Origin: a virus
Reading direction: 5' to 3' (one strand)
Virus record (IMG/VR): IMGVR_UViG_3300034093_002374
Span: 3,814 to 67,813 of that record
DNA length: 64,000 nt
The notes under the pieces were generated by a model, which saw only the letters and a list, made by a program, of their open reading frames with translations, was not told the origin of the DNA and did not search any database. This document shows, in pieces, positions 20,303 to 29,822 of this stretch. The stretch's first letter is position 1. Every line of letters starts with the position of its first letter. The translations under genes and the position numbers were made by a program.

Positions 20303-20525
20303 ACTTCGCGACAAAACACAGATTGAACTTCTGGCAATCGCTTTTGGCATAATGTTAGTGTTTACATCTGTAGTGTTTTTCTTGTTTGCGATGGTAAAAG
20401 CACCTGCAATAGGTGTTCTTAAAATCAGTGTTGCTGTTCTCGGTCACTTTACTTCAGTATTGTGGGCAGGAACGCTAGCACTGTGGCTTGCACTTAACGT
20501 CCGTAAGCCGGTAAAAACGTCTTAA
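20274..20525 (+). CDS. Small membrane protein
   Basis: GAGGAGG RBS before TTG 20274; two hydrophobic segments. Confidence 0.6.
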   Translation: MQKSNEQKSKLRDKTQIELLAIAFGIMLVFTSVVFFLFAMVKAPAIGVLKISVAVLGHFTSVLWAGTLALWLALNVRKPVKTS

Positions 20526-20548
20526 CAACTCAACACAAGGAAAGCCAA

Positions 20549-20818
20549 ATGGGCTACTATGTAAATCCTCCCGGTGGTCAATCTAAAGAAGAGTGGCTTG
20601 ACATCAATGGTACGCCGTGTGAGTACGTTCCCGATTATGATAACACGCGTATTAACATGGCTGTTTGTCTTGTTGACAACGGTGGTTTTACCGCAGCGGG
20701 CGTTGCTTATTCTTCAAACGAATTAGAATGCTTTGCTGTTGAAGACGGGCGTCAAAAACGTTGGTATATGGTGCCAAGCGATAAACTTGTCGCAATTGTC
20801 CCCGGTCTACCTTTTTAA
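20549..20818 (+). CDS. Hypothetical phage protein
   Basis: AAGGA RBS; VCLVDNGGFTAAGVAYS. Confidence 0.75.
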   Translation: MGYYVNPPGGQSKEEWLDINGTPCEYVPDYDNTRINMAVCLVDNGGFTAAGVAYSSNELECFAVEDGRQKRWYMVPSDKLVAIVPGLPF

Positions 20819-20825
20819 ATCCAAC

Positions 20826-20859
20826 AGGGACCTGAACATGTCCTTCCAAAAACTGTTCA
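20826..20859 (+). ncRNA. Mini H-type pseudoknot motif, copy 2
   Basis: AGGGAC-CTGAACAT-GTCCTT-CCAAAAAC-TGTTCA; covaries with copy 1. Confidence 0.55.
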
Positions 20860-20964
20860 CTTTTACTTTTTATTTTTTCTTTCTCGGTCCGACCACATTG
20901 ACTCTTTCCCCAAGTGGGAATTTTAGTCAATTGTTTGAAACACCAAAGAAAGGAAGCTAGGTAA

Positions 20965-21114
20965 ATGCGTCGTAAACGCAAACACGGCTTGCTGTTAGAG
21001 ATCCTTTTTAAGTTTGTGATCTTTTGCGTCATAGTCAGGTTTGCCGTCTACGTATTTGTATTCGTCGTAGCTTTCTATATACTAACAGCAATAGCAAGAA
21101 TCATCACTAGATAG
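20965..21114 (+). CDS. Small membrane protein (49 aa, not in ORF track)
   Basis: MRRKRKH followed by long hydrophobic tract. Confidence 0.5.
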   Translation: MRRKRKHGLLLEILFKFVIFCVIVRFAVYVFVFVVAFYILTAIARIITR

Positions 21115-21128
21115 CAGGGCAACCGCAA

Positions 21129-23384
21129 ATGCGAAATAAACTAAAAGATTTGCTAGCGCTGCGTCTAGCAGATGAAATTGCTCCGCAGAATCCACTAAAG
21201 TTCCTTAACAAGTTTTCAGTTGACGACTACCTTGATACAGTAATTTCTGTCGTGTATCTATATACAAGACCTCGGAAAGGTACAACGAAGACTGCTATTT
21301 ATTTTGCCGAGATAATTTCTGCACTCGGTCACCAAGTTCGAAACAAGCTTAAACAAAAGAAAGACTCTGCACTCGCCGCAAAAACGGGTGCTTTTATTTT
21401 GTACTCAATCGAGCAACTTGGCTTAGTAGAGGTACTTTTAGGACAAGGTTCAAAAGGTCATGCAAGCTATATTGTCAACATAACAAATGATGATGAGATA
21501 TGTGAGCTATGGGCAAAAGTTGATCCTAACAAAGTGGAAAAGCTTCCGTCCATAGTTCCCTATGCGCCTTGGACGAGTGCAAAGCACCCTACCGGTGTAA
21601 ATCTTGTGAAGACCGGTAATAAAGAAGTGCTTGAAAAACTTACGCCAGAAACACACCCTATTGTCTTTGCGTGCATCAATCGTGCGCAAGAGCAAGGCTG
21701 GCAAGTTAATGAAGATGTTTATCGTGTAAGCCTCTGGGCGCTACGCAATCGCACAGAAGCTTTTGCCGACGTTTGGGAACAGTCAAATCCTGAAGCACGC
21801 GCCACTAAACTGCGTGAAGTAAAGACCATCGGTGATGTCGCCAAACGGTTCCTTAACAAGACGTTTTACCATTTATACTACTATGATTTCCGTGGTAGAA
21901 AGTACCCAACAACAGCTTTCTTACATGAACAAGGTTCAGACCTTGCTCGTGGATTGTTGCTGCGTTCTGATAAAAAAGCAATCGGTAAAACGGGTTTCTT
22001 TTGGTTAATGGTGTCAATCGCTTCTAATTGGGGTGGTGATTCAGGACGGGAAGACGGTCTTAAAACAGATAAGTTACCGCTAGCTGAACGCTTCGCATGG
22101 GCTATGGATAACGAGGAAATCTTTCTTGGTTATGCTTCTAGTCCACGTCTTCACCAAGGTTGGATGCAAGCAGATAAAACTTGGCAATTCCTTGCTGCTT
22201 GTATTGAGTTGATGAAACTCAGAACGTGGCAATACGAACAAGGTGTTGCTACGGGGAACGTTTCATTTGAAAACTACGATTATGAATCTCACTTAGAGGT
22301 CTATATCGATGGTTCTAACAACGGTTCACAACACCTTGCTGCACTCACAAAAGACGAGGTTACAGCGCCTCACGTCAACCTAGTGCCACAAGCGTTGCCC
22401 GGCGATTTGTATAAATATGTCGGTGACCACGTTTGGACGCGTCTAGAGAAGCAAGTTGCTACGCTCGATCCTGAAACTCTGGAAGACTGTGAATGCTACA
22501 TTGACACCTTGATTGACATGAAGCGTCAAATCATGGAGTCACCTCCAAAGAGCGAGTTGAGAACACAACTAGTAGAGCGAATCCAAGCTTACAAAGAAGA
22601 CAACAATCTTCTAGGTATTCTTGCAAGCCCCGTCTATTGGCTGCGCGTAAAAGATCCTAAGCATCGTCGAAAGATCGTTAAAAGAAATGTTATGACGCTT
22701 CCTTACGGCGGCACTGCTTACGGTCTCGGTCAACAACAAATAGATGACGCTAAAAAGCATGGCATCACGCAATTACTTTATTTGGAACACAAGTGGGGTT
22801 CCTTTTTAGGTCGTGAGATTTTTGAAGATTGCAAGGTTTCTTTACAACGACCGATGCAACTTCTTGAAGTGTTTGAGAGGGCGGGTCGTGCAGCCGAAGC
22901 TCGCGGAGAGTTTCTTTCTTGGACTGTTCCAGTGACAGGCTTTCCTGTTGTTCAAAACTACACACAAGGTAATGTTAAGAAAATCTGGGTGCAATACGGA
23001 CCTCCAAAAGGAGAACGTCGTAGCACAGGTTATTACGAGAACACTTTGCAAATAGCAATTTCGTTCATAGAAGACGTAACACCTTCCAGAGGTAAACAAG
23101 CATCAGGTGCAAGCCCTAATGCCATTCACAGTCTTGACGCTGCTCACCTTGCTTTGACAGTGTATCGTTGTGAATTTTCAGTAACAACGATTCATGACTC
23201 TTTCGGTTGTTTGCTTGCAGACATGCCGGCCCTGTTCAGCTGTATACGTTCGACATTTGTTGAACTCTATGCAGCTGACCCGTTGACATCTCTTATGAGA
23301 GACATCGATGGCGATCTAACTCACGTTCAAATTGGGACGCTTAATATTGACCTAATACGTGATTCTGAGTATAGCTTTGTTTAA
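21129..23384 (+). CDS. Single-subunit (T7-type) DNA-directed RNA polymerase
   Basis: DFRGRKY, motif A DGSNNGSQH, motif B RKIVKRNVMTLPYG, PNAIHSLDAAH, motif C IHDSFG. Confidence 0.95.
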   Translation: MRNKLKDLLALRLADEIAPQNPLKFLNKFSVDDYLDTVISVVYLYTRPRKGTTKTAIYFAEIISALGHQVRNKLKQKKDSALAAKTGAFILYSIEQLGLVEVLLGQGSKGHASYIVNITNDDEICELWAKVDPNKVEKLPSIVPYAPWTSAKHPTGVNLVKTGNKEVLEKLTPETHPIVFACINRAQEQGWQVNEDVYRVSLWALRNRTEAFADVWEQSNPEARATKLREVKTIGDVAKRFLNKTFYHLYYYDFRGRKYPTTAFLHEQGSDLARGLLLRSDKKAIGKTGFFWLMVSIASNWGGDSGREDGLKTDKLPLAERFAWAMDNEEIFLGYASSPRLHQGWMQADKTWQFLAACIELMKLRTWQYEQGVATGNVSFENYDYESHLEVYIDGSNNGSQHLAALTKDEVTAPHVNLVPQALPGDLYKYVGDHVWTRLEKQVATLDPETLEDCECYIDTLIDMKRQIMESPPKSELRTQLVERIQAYKEDNNLLGILASPVYWLRVKDPKHRRKIVKRNVMTLPYGGTAYGLGQQQIDDAKKHGITQLLYLEHKWGSFLGREIFEDCKVSLQRPMQLLEVFERAGRAAEARGEFLSWTVPVTGFPVVQNYTQGNVKKIWVQYGPPKGERRSTGYYENTLQIAISFIEDVTPSRGKQASGASPNAIHSLDAAHLALTVYRCEFSVTTIHDSFGCLLADMPALFSCIRSTFVELYAADPLTSLMRDIDGDLTHVQIGTLNIDLIRDSEYSFV

Positions 23385-23396
23385 GGAGTACTGCAA

Positions 23397-23840
23397 GTGA
23401 AGGTATATCGAACAATGCAAGAAATGGGCGAAGATCAAACGCTCCCAATTTTTGCACCTGAAGTGCTTGCGTTCCAAGAGGCAATGAGCAAGCAGTCTAA
23501 CCTGAGTGGTTTCTTTGAAGCCGATTTTGGCGGAGACGTCTTTCTTGTCGAAACTTTAGAAGACCTGGATCAAATAGACACGCTCGAAGATGATCCTGCA
23601 AATAAAGCGCGTAGACTAAACATTAGAGAAACTGCCTCTACGTTTGACCAAGCTGCATACCTACCTGGTCGTACTTGGGCAATTATTTGGATGGCGACAA
23701 ACAACAACGGTGGTAATGCGTATTTCATTCCTAAGTGTGTTGTAGAGCAGTGCCCCAACATTGAAATCAGCATGAAGTTATCGTCAGTAGACGGACGCGT
23801 TGAAGAAATGAATAAGGATAACCGTTATGAAGATCACTAA
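23397..23840 (+). CDS. Hypothetical protein
   Basis: AAGGAG RBS, GTG start, 147 aa. Confidence 0.75.
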   Translation: MKVYRTMQEMGEDQTLPIFAPEVLAFQEAMSKQSNLSGFFEADFGGDVFLVETLEDLDQIDTLEDDPANKARRLNIRETASTFDQAAYLPGRTWAIIWMATNNNGGNAYFIPKCVVEQCPNIEISMKLSSVDGRVEEMNKDNRYEDH

Positions 23841-24027
23841 GATCTCTATGATTAGCGGTAAAGAAAACACGCTCGACTTGAATATAACAGAAGAGCAACT
23901 AACACGTTATAACGCTGGTGACGGTCTCATTCAGAACATTTTTCCTGATCTTACTCCAGGTGAAAGAGAGTTTCTGATGACGGGCATCACTGAGGAAGAG
24001 TGGGATAAACACCTTAGGCCGGGATAA
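23827..24027 (+). CDS. Small phage protein
   Basis: AAGGA RBS; LIQNIFPDLTPGEREFLMTGITEEEWD pattern recalled from other phages. Confidence 0.75.
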   Translation: MKITKISMISGKENTLDLNITEEQLTRYNAGDGLIQNIFPDLTPGEREFLMTGITEEEWDKHLRPG

Positions 24028-24047
24028 GTCCACGGCAACGCAACGGC

Positions 24048-24067
24048 GAACCCGTTAACTTAACCCT
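24048..24067 (+). promoter_or_regulatory. Motif A copy 2 (GAACCCGTTAACTTAACCCT)
   Basis: Intergenic, upstream of SSB/replication operon. Confidence 0.65.
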
Positions 24068-24109
24068 CTCCCCACAACTACAACATTTAATCCAAAAGGC
24101 ACTATCCAA

Positions 24110-24763
24110 ATGGCGATTATCAAGAACGCTGAAATCTGGTACTTGAAGTGTGACGAAAAGCGTCCGAACGCAAAGTACAATAAAAAGAACCCGACTTGGG
24201 AAGTTGAGATTCGGACTAACGTCCTTGAAGAAAAGAAGGCTTGGGAGGCTCTTGGCCTTGAGCCCAAAGCAGTCACCGACGAAGAGACCGGTGCGCGGCT
24301 TTACTGGCGTGTCAAGCTGCGGCGTAAGTCGATCAAAGTTGACACCAAGACTAACCCGCCAACTGAAACGCCGAATCCGGCACCAGAAGTCAAGAACGGC
24401 GCTCTGCAACCGATTGACCCTAACACGGTCGGTAATGGTTCTATCGCGAACATTCGTATCTTCCAATATGACTTTACTGATGACGATGGTCAAAAGAAAC
24501 AAGTCAGTGTACTCATGGAAGTTCAAGTCATCAAGCACAAGGTCTACAAGCCCAAGAAGCGCGAAGATGAGTTCACGCCGACTGACACTGAAACCATTCA
24601 ACCCGCCAAAATGGATGACGACGACAATCCTGAAGGCGACTCGGCTCCTGATCACGAAGATGACGGCTACATTGCGCCGCCTGTAAAAAAGCCGCTGGCT
24701 GACGACGACATTCCGTCGTTTACCCCACCGTCAAGTCCTGCTGCGCCTAAAGAAGGCTTTTAA
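24110..24763 (+). CDS. Probable single-stranded DNA-binding protein (T7 gp2.5-like)
   Basis: VGNGSIANIR motif, acidic disordered tail ending in Phe, high-expression codon bias, upstream of DNA polymerase. Confidence 0.65.
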   Translation: MAIIKNAEIWYLKCDEKRPNAKYNKKNPTWEVEIRTNVLEEKKAWEALGLEPKAVTDEETGARLYWRVKLRRKSIKVDTKTNPPTETPNPAPEVKNGALQPIDPNTVGNGSIANIRIFQYDFTDDDGQKKQVSVLMEVQVIKHKVYKPKKREDEFTPTDTETIQPAKMDDDDNPEGDSAPDHEDDGYIAPPVKKPLADDDIPSFTPPSSPAAPKEGF

Positions 24764-24774
24764 CTAAAACTACA

Positions 24775-24802
24775 AGAGGGTCGTCTTAACGGACGGCCCT
24801 CT
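24775..24802 (+). terminator. Hairpin after SSB
   Basis: AGAGGGTCGTC-TTAACG-GACGGCCCTCT. Confidence 0.55.
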
Positions 24803-24827
24803 ATTAGCTTACGAGAGGGAAACATCA

Positions 24828-25208
24828 ATGCGATTTACTTATGAACTAAAGAACAAAGACGGCAGTCGTAAAGATATTCATACGCGGCTACGCTATGAAG
24901 ACTTTGCTGCGCACATTCGCACCGGCGGCTGGATAGACGTAACAGATCAAGAACGCGTGGCTAAAATGGGACAAAACTACGATTACATTGATTACTCTTT
25001 CCACACGGTTATGCAATTAAACTTCTTTGTAGAAAATAATCGGAATGAAGCAAACGTTTGGGCAAAAAACGAGCCTAAACCAGTAGAGCTTCCGATAGTC
25101 GTAAAAGAGGAAATTGCGTGGCTGCATGAATTGCTAGATGTACTTGTTCGCTGTCCTCGTCCGTCTTTGTTGAGCACAGTAAGCAATATTCTGTCAGGTC
25201 GTAGCTAA
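24828..25208 (+). CDS. Hypothetical protein
   Basis: GAGGG RBS; coupled to polymerase by TAATG. Confidence 0.7.
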   Translation: MRFTYELKNKDGSRKDIHTRLRYEDFAAHIRTGGWIDVTDQERVAKMGQNYDYIDYSFHTVMQLNFFVENNRNEANVWAKNEPKPVELPIVVKEEIAWLHELLDVLVRCPRPSLLSTVSNILSGRS

Positions 25209-27262
25209 TGTGGAAACGCATCTACTTCGACATTGAAGGTGACGCGCTGCTTCGTCACGTAAGTCGTATGTGGTTGCTGTTTGCAATTGATCTTGATACT
25301 GGAGAAAAGCGTTATTTTCTAGAAGGCGACCACGGTTGGCGCGCGCTGTTTGATAACGCCGATCTTGTTGTTGGTCATAACATCACAGGTTACGATCTAA
25401 AGGTGCTTAAAAAACTCTTTGGATATGTCCTAAAACCACATACAAAGAAAATTGACACTGCGCTTCTTTCTCGTGTTCTTAACTGGAAACGCTTCGGTAA
25501 CGATGTTCGCCACAGCCTTGAAGCGTGGGGTCTTGCTCTTGGTTATCCTAAGATTGAGTTTGACGACTTCTCTAAGTTTAGTCCTGAAATGCTCACTTAT
25601 TGTGAGCGTGACTGCGACCTTGGCGTCATGGTATTTAACGTTGTTATGGGTGAGTATGTCGCAACGCGTGAACGGAGCCCGGTAATTGCGGAATACCTTC
25701 GCGCTGAACACGCTGTTGCTGATTGGTCTGCTGAAGCCGAGCTGCAAGGCTGGCCTTTTGACCTTGAAGCAGCAATTGAGCTAGAAGAAATTCTTCAAAA
25801 AGAACTTGACAGAGCGCATGAGCTGCTGTCCCACAAGCTTGGAATGAAAGCCGTGATTGTTGATCGTGTACCTCACGAAGGTATCGGTGAGCCAATGTCG
25901 ATGCTCTATACTAAGCAAGGCATCTATCACGCAGCTAAAGCTTCGTGGTTTGGTATTGAGCCTATTGAAGCTTGGATGGAAGTCGAAGAACGCCCGTATC
26001 AACGTGAGTTTGTCGGTCCTTACTGCCGTGTCAAGTTTGAGGACCTCAGTCTTGACTCAAGCGACGATGTCAAAGTCTTTCTTTACAGACAAGGCTGGGA
26101 GCCTGATGAGTTCAACTACAAGAAAGATCCTGTAACAAAGCGTAGAACGAAAGAAATTTCTTCAGCCAAGATTACAGAAAGTTCTCTTGAATTTCTTGGT
26201 GGTGATGGTGTTCTTTATCGTGAGTTTGTTGTAGCTAAGTCAAGACACTCTAATCTTAAAACATGGATTGAAGAGTGCGACGCAGACGGTAATCTTCACG
26301 GTAGTTGTATGACGGTTGGAACACCTTCAATGCGTTCTACTCACAAGGTTATCGTGAACATTCCTTCCAGCGATTCCGCTTGGGGTCGCCAAATGCGCTC
26401 ACTGTTTAAGTGCAAGCCTGGTTGGAAGCTCATCGGTTGTGACTCTGCATCTAACCAAGCACGTGGTCTTGCTCATAACCTCGGTGACCCTGTCTTTACA
26501 GACAACTTGATCAACGGTGATATTCACAAATACAATGCTGTACTGCTTGACGGCGTTCTTGCAAATATGCGTTTTAACTGGACAGACTTTGTAGTCCGTA
26601 CAGACAAGGCTCGTATTCCTGAAACGCTTGAACGCTGGCTACAACAACGTGGCTTTACCAAAAAAGAGTATCTTGAAAACCGACTACGGTCTAATCGTAA
26701 AGGGGCGCGTAAATGGGCTGAGAAGTTCATATTCGCGGTTAAGAGAGCCGCCGCTAAGCGCATTCTCTACGCCTTTCTTTTCGGTGCTGGCGGTGCTAAA
26801 CTTTGGCTTTATATCACAGGCGCATCCGACGTTACACAAGGTAACAAACTAAAGAACGGTTTCACCAAAGCAGTTCCAGGCTTTAAAGACTTAATTGACA
26901 AGCTGGAACGTATTTATAATAGTACTAAAAAGTACGGTGACGGCTACATTCCTGGAATCGGTGGGAACCGTATTTATGTAGATAGCAATCACAAGTTGCT
27001 AGTTTATCATCTTCAAGCAACGGAAAAAGCAACGTGTGGAGCGGCTTTGATGCTCACAATGGAGAGACTTGAAGCTGCAGGTATTCCTTACGTTCCTTGT
27101 ATTATGATGCACGATGAGATTGATTTCATGGTACCTGAAGAGCACGCTGAGACAGCTCGCTTGATTGGTAAACAAGCATTCATGGATGGTCCGAAGTTGT
27201 TTGGAATCACTATCATGGACGGTAGCGGCAAGGTCGGAGATAATTGGTTTGACGTCCATTGA
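25208..27262 (+). CDS. Family A DNA polymerase with 3'-5' exonuclease
   Basis: Exo I FDIEG, Exo II GHNITGYD, Exo III YCERD; motif A GCDSASNQAR, motif B RAAAKRILYAFLFG, motif C MHDEI. Confidence 0.95.
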   Translation: MWKRIYFDIEGDALLRHVSRMWLLFAIDLDTGEKRYFLEGDHGWRALFDNADLVVGHNITGYDLKVLKKLFGYVLKPHTKKIDTALLSRVLNWKRFGNDVRHSLEAWGLALGYPKIEFDDFSKFSPEMLTYCERDCDLGVMVFNVVMGEYVATRERSPVIAEYLRAEHAVADWSAEAELQGWPFDLEAAIELEEILQKELDRAHELLSHKLGMKAVIVDRVPHEGIGEPMSMLYTKQGIYHAAKASWFGIEPIEAWMEVEERPYQREFVGPYCRVKFEDLSLDSSDDVKVFLYRQGWEPDEFNYKKDPVTKRRTKEISSAKITESSLEFLGGDGVLYREFVVAKSRHSNLKTWIEECDADGNLHGSCMTVGTPSMRSTHKVIVNIPSSDSAWGRQMRSLFKCKPGWKLIGCDSASNQARGLAHNLGDPVFTDNLINGDIHKYNAVLLDGVLANMRFNWTDFVVRTDKARIPETLERWLQQRGFTKKEYLENRLRSNRKGARKWAEKFIFAVKRAAAKRILYAFLFGAGGAKLWLYITGASDVTQGNKLKNGFTKAVPGFKDLIDKLERIYNSTKKYGDGYIPGIGGNRIYVDSNHKLLVYHLQATEKATCGAALMLTMERLEAAGIPYVPCIMMHDEIDFMVPEEHAETARLIGKQAFMDGPKLFGITIMDGSGKVGDNWFDVH

Positions 27263-27701
27263 TTGGAATAAGTATTTTGATTACGTAGAAGGCTTTCTCG
27301 TTTGGAAGGTATCGCGTGGACGTGTCAAAGCAGGTCAGATTGCTGGAAATGTGAATGGTGCCGGTTACTGGCAAGTTATGCTTGATGGTCGTAATCACAT
27401 GGTTGCTAGAATCGTTTGGGAGTTACACAATGGCGCAATAGCAGCAGACTGTGAGATTGACCATTTCGATCGCGATCGACAAAACAATCTGATAGAGAAC
27501 CTTCGCGAAAAGACACCATCGCGTAATTGCCATAATCGAGAGAATCCAGCGAACAAACACGGGTTTCCTGGAGTTCAGAAGGTAGGCACACGCTTTTCTG
27601 CGTCTATTCAGGATAACGTTGGACGTCGATATCTCGGTCGTTTTGATACTGCCGAAGCAGCCTCTGCAGTGTACCAAGCAGAAAAAGCTAAATACAGCTA
27701 A
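27249..27701 (+). CDS. HNH endonuclease (homing-type, AP2-like C-terminus)
   Basis: EIDHFDRDRQNNLIENLR, RYLGRFDTAEAASAVY; GGAGA RBS before TTG 27249. Confidence 0.85.
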   Translation: MTSIDWNKYFDYVEGFLVWKVSRGRVKAGQIAGNVNGAGYWQVMLDGRNHMVARIVWELHNGAIAADCEIDHFDRDRQNNLIENLREKTPSRNCHNRENPANKHGFPGVQKVGTRFSASIQDNVGRRYLGRFDTAEAASAVYQAEKAKYS

Positions 27702-27713
27702 GAGGAGAACATA

Positions 27714-28040
27714 ATGAAAAAACCAGTACCGTGGGCGCTAAAGAAAGCGCGAGACCTTGCCTGTGAAAAAGCAGACACAACCACTATGGAGCGTCACATT
27801 GTTAATGGCGACTTTGACAACACACCCATGATGATGGCACTTACTTCGTTGGTTGAAAGTCATTTTCCAGACCCGTATCTTATAGCAGCACGACAGCTTG
27901 CTGTTGACGTCTACAAAGAAGCAGGATCACCTTGTTTAGGCGCGCTTGCTAGCGACTACCTCAACGGCAGCAAAGACACCTCCCTGGAAGTTCGTGTTGC
28001 TTACCGTGCTTTGCTTCACTTGGAGAATCCACCATCATGA
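27714..28040 (+). CDS. Hypothetical protein
   Basis: GAGGAG RBS, 108 aa. Confidence 0.75.
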   Translation: MKKPVPWALKKARDLACEKADTTTMERHIVNGDFDNTPMMMALTSLVESHFPDPYLIAARQLAVDVYKEAGSPCLGALASDYLNGSKDTSLEVRVAYRALLHLENPPS

Positions 28041-28339
28041 TGACACGAGAACAATACCTCTTTCAGTGTCTCGCAGAAGAGCTTATTGAAGTCGCCAAGG
28101 AGTGTCTCAAAGCATCTCGCTTTGGGCCTCTCTGTGACTGGTATGAAGGTCAAACAAATCTACAACGGGCCAACGTCGAATGGTCGCAAGTCAGCGCGAT
28201 TATGGACATCATTGAGTGTGAGTTCGGACACAAATTCATTACTGATCAAACAGAAGTAGAAAAGAAACTAAATACCTTTGAAATGTTCTATGATCATTCG
28301 GTTCGCCTAGGGATGGTAAAGGGGGCGCAAAGATGCTAG
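28037..28339 (+). CDS. MazG-like nucleotide pyrophosphohydrolase (putative)
   Basis: LAEELIEVAKECLKASRFG helix with EExxE. Confidence 0.5.
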   Translation: MMTREQYLFQCLAEELIEVAKECLKASRFGPLCDWYEGQTNLQRANVEWSQVSAIMDIIECEFGHKFITDQTEVEKKLNTFEMFYDHSVRLGMVKGAQRC

Positions 28340-29187
28340 CAATCATTGACGGTGACGTTCTCGCTTACCAAGCTTGTCGTTCCCGTTACGTCAAAAACGA
28401 TCTTGGCAATGGCTCTCAACTTGTCCCTCTTGACGAAAACGGTCAGCGCATTTATGAAGAGTTTACAAAAGAGCAAGATACGCAGTACATGAAAGAATGT
28501 TGGCGTAACTTTCAAAAAGAACTTGAAAGGTTGCTTGAAACAGTCTTTGCTGACGATTTCGTTATGGCAGTTAAAGGAGAAGGTTGCTTTCGAAAGCTAA
28601 TCTTTCCTGAGTACAAGATGAACCGCCATAAAGAAAACGCGCCGGAACGATATCTCACTAACTTTGTTCCGGCACTTCGTGAATTGGCTGTAATGAACGA
28701 GCTCGCCATACCGTCACACTTCTGTGAGGCTGATGACCTTATCCGTATCTGGGCAGAAGAAGCGCGTCGTGCAGGTCAAGACTATGTTATTTGCTCTATT
28801 GATAAAGATCTTCAATGCATTCCTGGTTTGCACTATGTTATGCATTACATAGACGAAAAACGAGGTCCGTTAACTGTCACTGAAGACGACGCAAAGCGCT
28901 TCTATTACAAACAACTTATAATGGGCGACTCGACTGACAACATCGCCGGTGTTCCCGGTATCGGTAAAGTCAAGGCCGGTAAAATGATCGAGAAGTGTGT
29001 CACTGAGGCTGACATGCAAGAGGCTGTTGTGAACGCTTACTTGACAGCTTACCCACCAGACGTTCACGGTGACCGTGCATGGTACGAGCAATTTATCCTA
29101 AATGGTAAGTTAATTCACATTCAAACACACTGGAACGACTACTTTGAGTGTGATAAGTGGCCTATCATAAAGGAGCTTAGAGGCTAA
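28333..29187 (+). CDS. 5'-3' exonuclease (T7 gp6/FEN family)
   Basis: IIDGD, FRK..PEYKMNR, EADD, SIDKDL, MGDSTDNIAGVPGIG. Confidence 0.92.
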   Translation: MLAIIDGDVLAYQACRSRYVKNDLGNGSQLVPLDENGQRIYEEFTKEQDTQYMKECWRNFQKELERLLETVFADDFVMAVKGEGCFRKLIFPEYKMNRHKENAPERYLTNFVPALRELAVMNELAIPSHFCEADDLIRIWAEEARRAGQDYVICSIDKDLQCIPGLHYVMHYIDEKRGPLTVTEDDAKRFYYKQLIMGDSTDNIAGVPGIGKVKAGKMIEKCVTEADMQEAVVNAYLTAYPPDVHGDRAWYEQFILNGKLIHIQTHWNDYFECDKWPIIKELRG

Positions 29188-29188
29188 T

Positions 29189-29677
29189 ATGAAACCTTTC
29201 ACCGGCATCGTGCCTCCTGCACCTGAAATCGTCGTACCTCGTTTCGACAACGGTCGCTGGCACTTTGAAGAACAAATGGGCGGTAAAGAGTTTGTTGGCT
29301 TCGTTTATGTAATCTACGATAATGTGCTCAATCGTGCGTATCTGGGTAAGAAGTTATACCGCGGTCATGGTCAAGTTAATAAAGGCCTAGAAAGTGACTG
29401 GCGGCGTTACAAGTCATCATCTACGCTGCTTAAAGACATGTGGAAAGAACGTCCCATGTCAGAGTTTGAATTTGTTTGTATTGAGCAATACCGTACAAAA
29501 GGTGCATTGTCTTATTCTGAATCGTGGTCGCTAGCGTTTGTTGAAGCACCTACGACTAAATACTTTTATAACACACGCTTAGAAGGTGTGTCTTGGAAAG
29601 TTTCAGAGGCAATCACAATTCGTCACAAGCAGCACTTAATTAATCTTCTGGAGAGAATGAATGAGAATCGTATTTAA
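29189..29677 (+). CDS. GIY-YIG-like endonuclease
   Basis: GFVYVI...RAYLGKK...ESDWRRYKSSS...FYN. Confidence 0.65.
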   Translation: MKPFTGIVPPAPEIVVPRFDNGRWHFEEQMGGKEFVGFVYVIYDNVLNRAYLGKKLYRGHGQVNKGLESDWRRYKSSSTLLKDMWKERPMSEFEFVCIEQYRTKGALSYSESWSLAFVEAPTTKYFYNTRLEGVSWKVSEAITIRHKQHLINLLERMNENRI

Positions 29678-29822
29678 CGCCTTGTTTGGATTGACTGCAC
29701 TTGTTGCTCCACAAATAGGTCTTTACTTTCTGTATGTGCAAGAAGGCTGGCAAAGTCCTCTTTTCTGGACTGCTGTGTCTGTTGACGCACTTTACATTTT
29801 GTATACATTTCGTGAGGACTGA
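29661..29822 (+). CDS. Small membrane protein (53 aa, not in ORF track)
   Basis: GGAGAG RBS, hydrophobic, TGATG coupling to primase. Confidence 0.55.
   Translation: MRIVFNALFGLTALVAPQIGLYFLYVQEGWQSPLFWTAVSVDALYILYTFRED

Noticed and set aside
20838-20960. 40-aa ORF starting inside pseudoknot copy 2
   Set aside because: Start lies within the paired motif and the frame crosses a T-rich tract; not supportable
26560-26740. Intein or intron in the DNA polymerase (also considered for RNR, helicase, TerL)
   Set aside because: Insert is only ~50 aa without intein termini; reading frames are continuous and the HNH gene is free-standing
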